64,000 bases of DNA from the human T2T-CHM13v2.0 reference genome, Homo sapiens, in NCBI RefSeq assembly GCF_009914755.1, contig NC_060926.1; one strand, given 5' to 3'. Positions within the stretch are counted from its first letter, which is position 1. Each line of letters starts with the position of its first letter. A program made the translations under genes and the position numbers. Positions 29,681 through 64,000 of this stretch are shown here, piece by piece. The notes beneath the pieces were generated by a model. It was not told the DNA's origin. It saw only the letters and a list, made by a program, of their open reading frames with translations, and did not search any database.

Positions 29681-30396
29681 AAAGAAGGGCTATCTATGGA
29701 TTAGTGATGAGAGTGTCATGCACCAGCAAATATGATTAATGAACTTAGGTTACCTGAGGTCCAAATAAATAATGAGAAAAAAGTAAATAAAAGTGATGCA
29801 TGAATACTAAAAATTTGGAATTACATATATAATATGTAATAATAAAAAAAGAAAAAATTGTCACTGGTTATCCTTCAGGTATAAAAATTACAATTAAAAT
29901 TGTAATGTTATAACCTTCCATTCTTTCCCCTATGAATTAAAACTTTTTCTTTTAACGAGACTAAAAAATCAAGTTGATAAAATCTATGCCCTGTGGGAAC
30001 TGGTTAGGTCAGGCTACCCACTCCAGATTTCCAGCAGGCTGGCCTCAGCTCTACCTACAGCCAGTAGCTTATTAAGGCTCTAGGCGCCAGTGACACCTTC
30101 AGACAGGTGGTTAGTGCGCCCTAAGGACTCTCCGCAGCGTCGCTCAGGTTCACAGAACACGCCCAGGGGCGTGTCCAGCTGTCGTCGGGGAGAGCCCACC
30201 TCCCCGGGGGGTGTGGCTAAGGGACGAGGCGCTTCTCGTCCAGAGCCCAGGTAATCCGGGCGGGATCAGCGAGCGTCGCGATGTGATGACGTCAGGCCCC
30301 GGGCAGGCCGGGAGTGGCGTGCTGGGCGTGCGCGGCTGCGGTACGGCGTGTTGGTCCCAGCGGTTCAGCTGAGGTAGGGACGTGCTGTAGGCCGGA

Positions 30397-63618
<33,222 letters not shown>

Positions 63619-64000
63619 GTATGTTTTGTATAATTTGGTTACTTTTATTGTTATGTACCTTTTTTCCCCATAGTTAACAGGAATGATTTGCACAATTGCA
63701 TCCATGATTTAAGCTTCCTGCCATTCCTTTGGCATACAAGACCATACTTAATGAGGTATATTCTTGGAAGTTTTACTAACTGGTTGTTTGGAAATCATAT
63801 TGCATTTTCCTGTAGAAATTATAGTGTAAATGATAGTTAACTTTAGAGGCTAATCGTTAACACTTCTACACCAAACACTATATCTAGTACTCTTTCTATG
63901 AGAAAATGCATGAAATACATAGAAAATTTTAGCTTAGCGTTTTCACACAAATAACTCTCTTCACTTTATTTTTTTATTTTTTATTTTTTCTTGAGTTTTT

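Overview
Human (primate) genomic DNA, repeat-rich, with no prokaryotic features. The right half holds the CpG-island promoter and coding exons 1-10 (ATG at 30397, 764 nt spliced, running off the right edge) of a ZNG1/CBWD COG0523 zinc-metallochaperone GTPase gene on the + strand. It is most likely ZNG1B (CBWD2), judged from residues M25/N115/A179/A218 as I recall the paralog sequences and from an adjacent Ig-kappa orphon remnant, consistent with the duplicated block near the chromosome 2 fusion region. The left half is intergenic: a truncated IGKV3-type promoter plus leader exon, a full-length THE1 MaLR, other LTRs, old L1/L2/MIR and Alus. The most interesting signals are splice and translation switches that would uncouple ZNG1's METAP1-docking N-terminus from its GTPase: a stop-containing cassette exon in intron 1 with an in-frame restart ATG, Met25 in the docking motif, and a poison or alternative last exon in intron 9. 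Other signals are a sense THE1 LTR with a DUX4-type motif and strong donor, an AluYa5, a tailless U2 retropseudogene, a trimeric Alu and a templated-insertion scar. I cannot show that any of these is undescribed. Repeat subfamily names and old-repeat boundaries are by-eye estimates.
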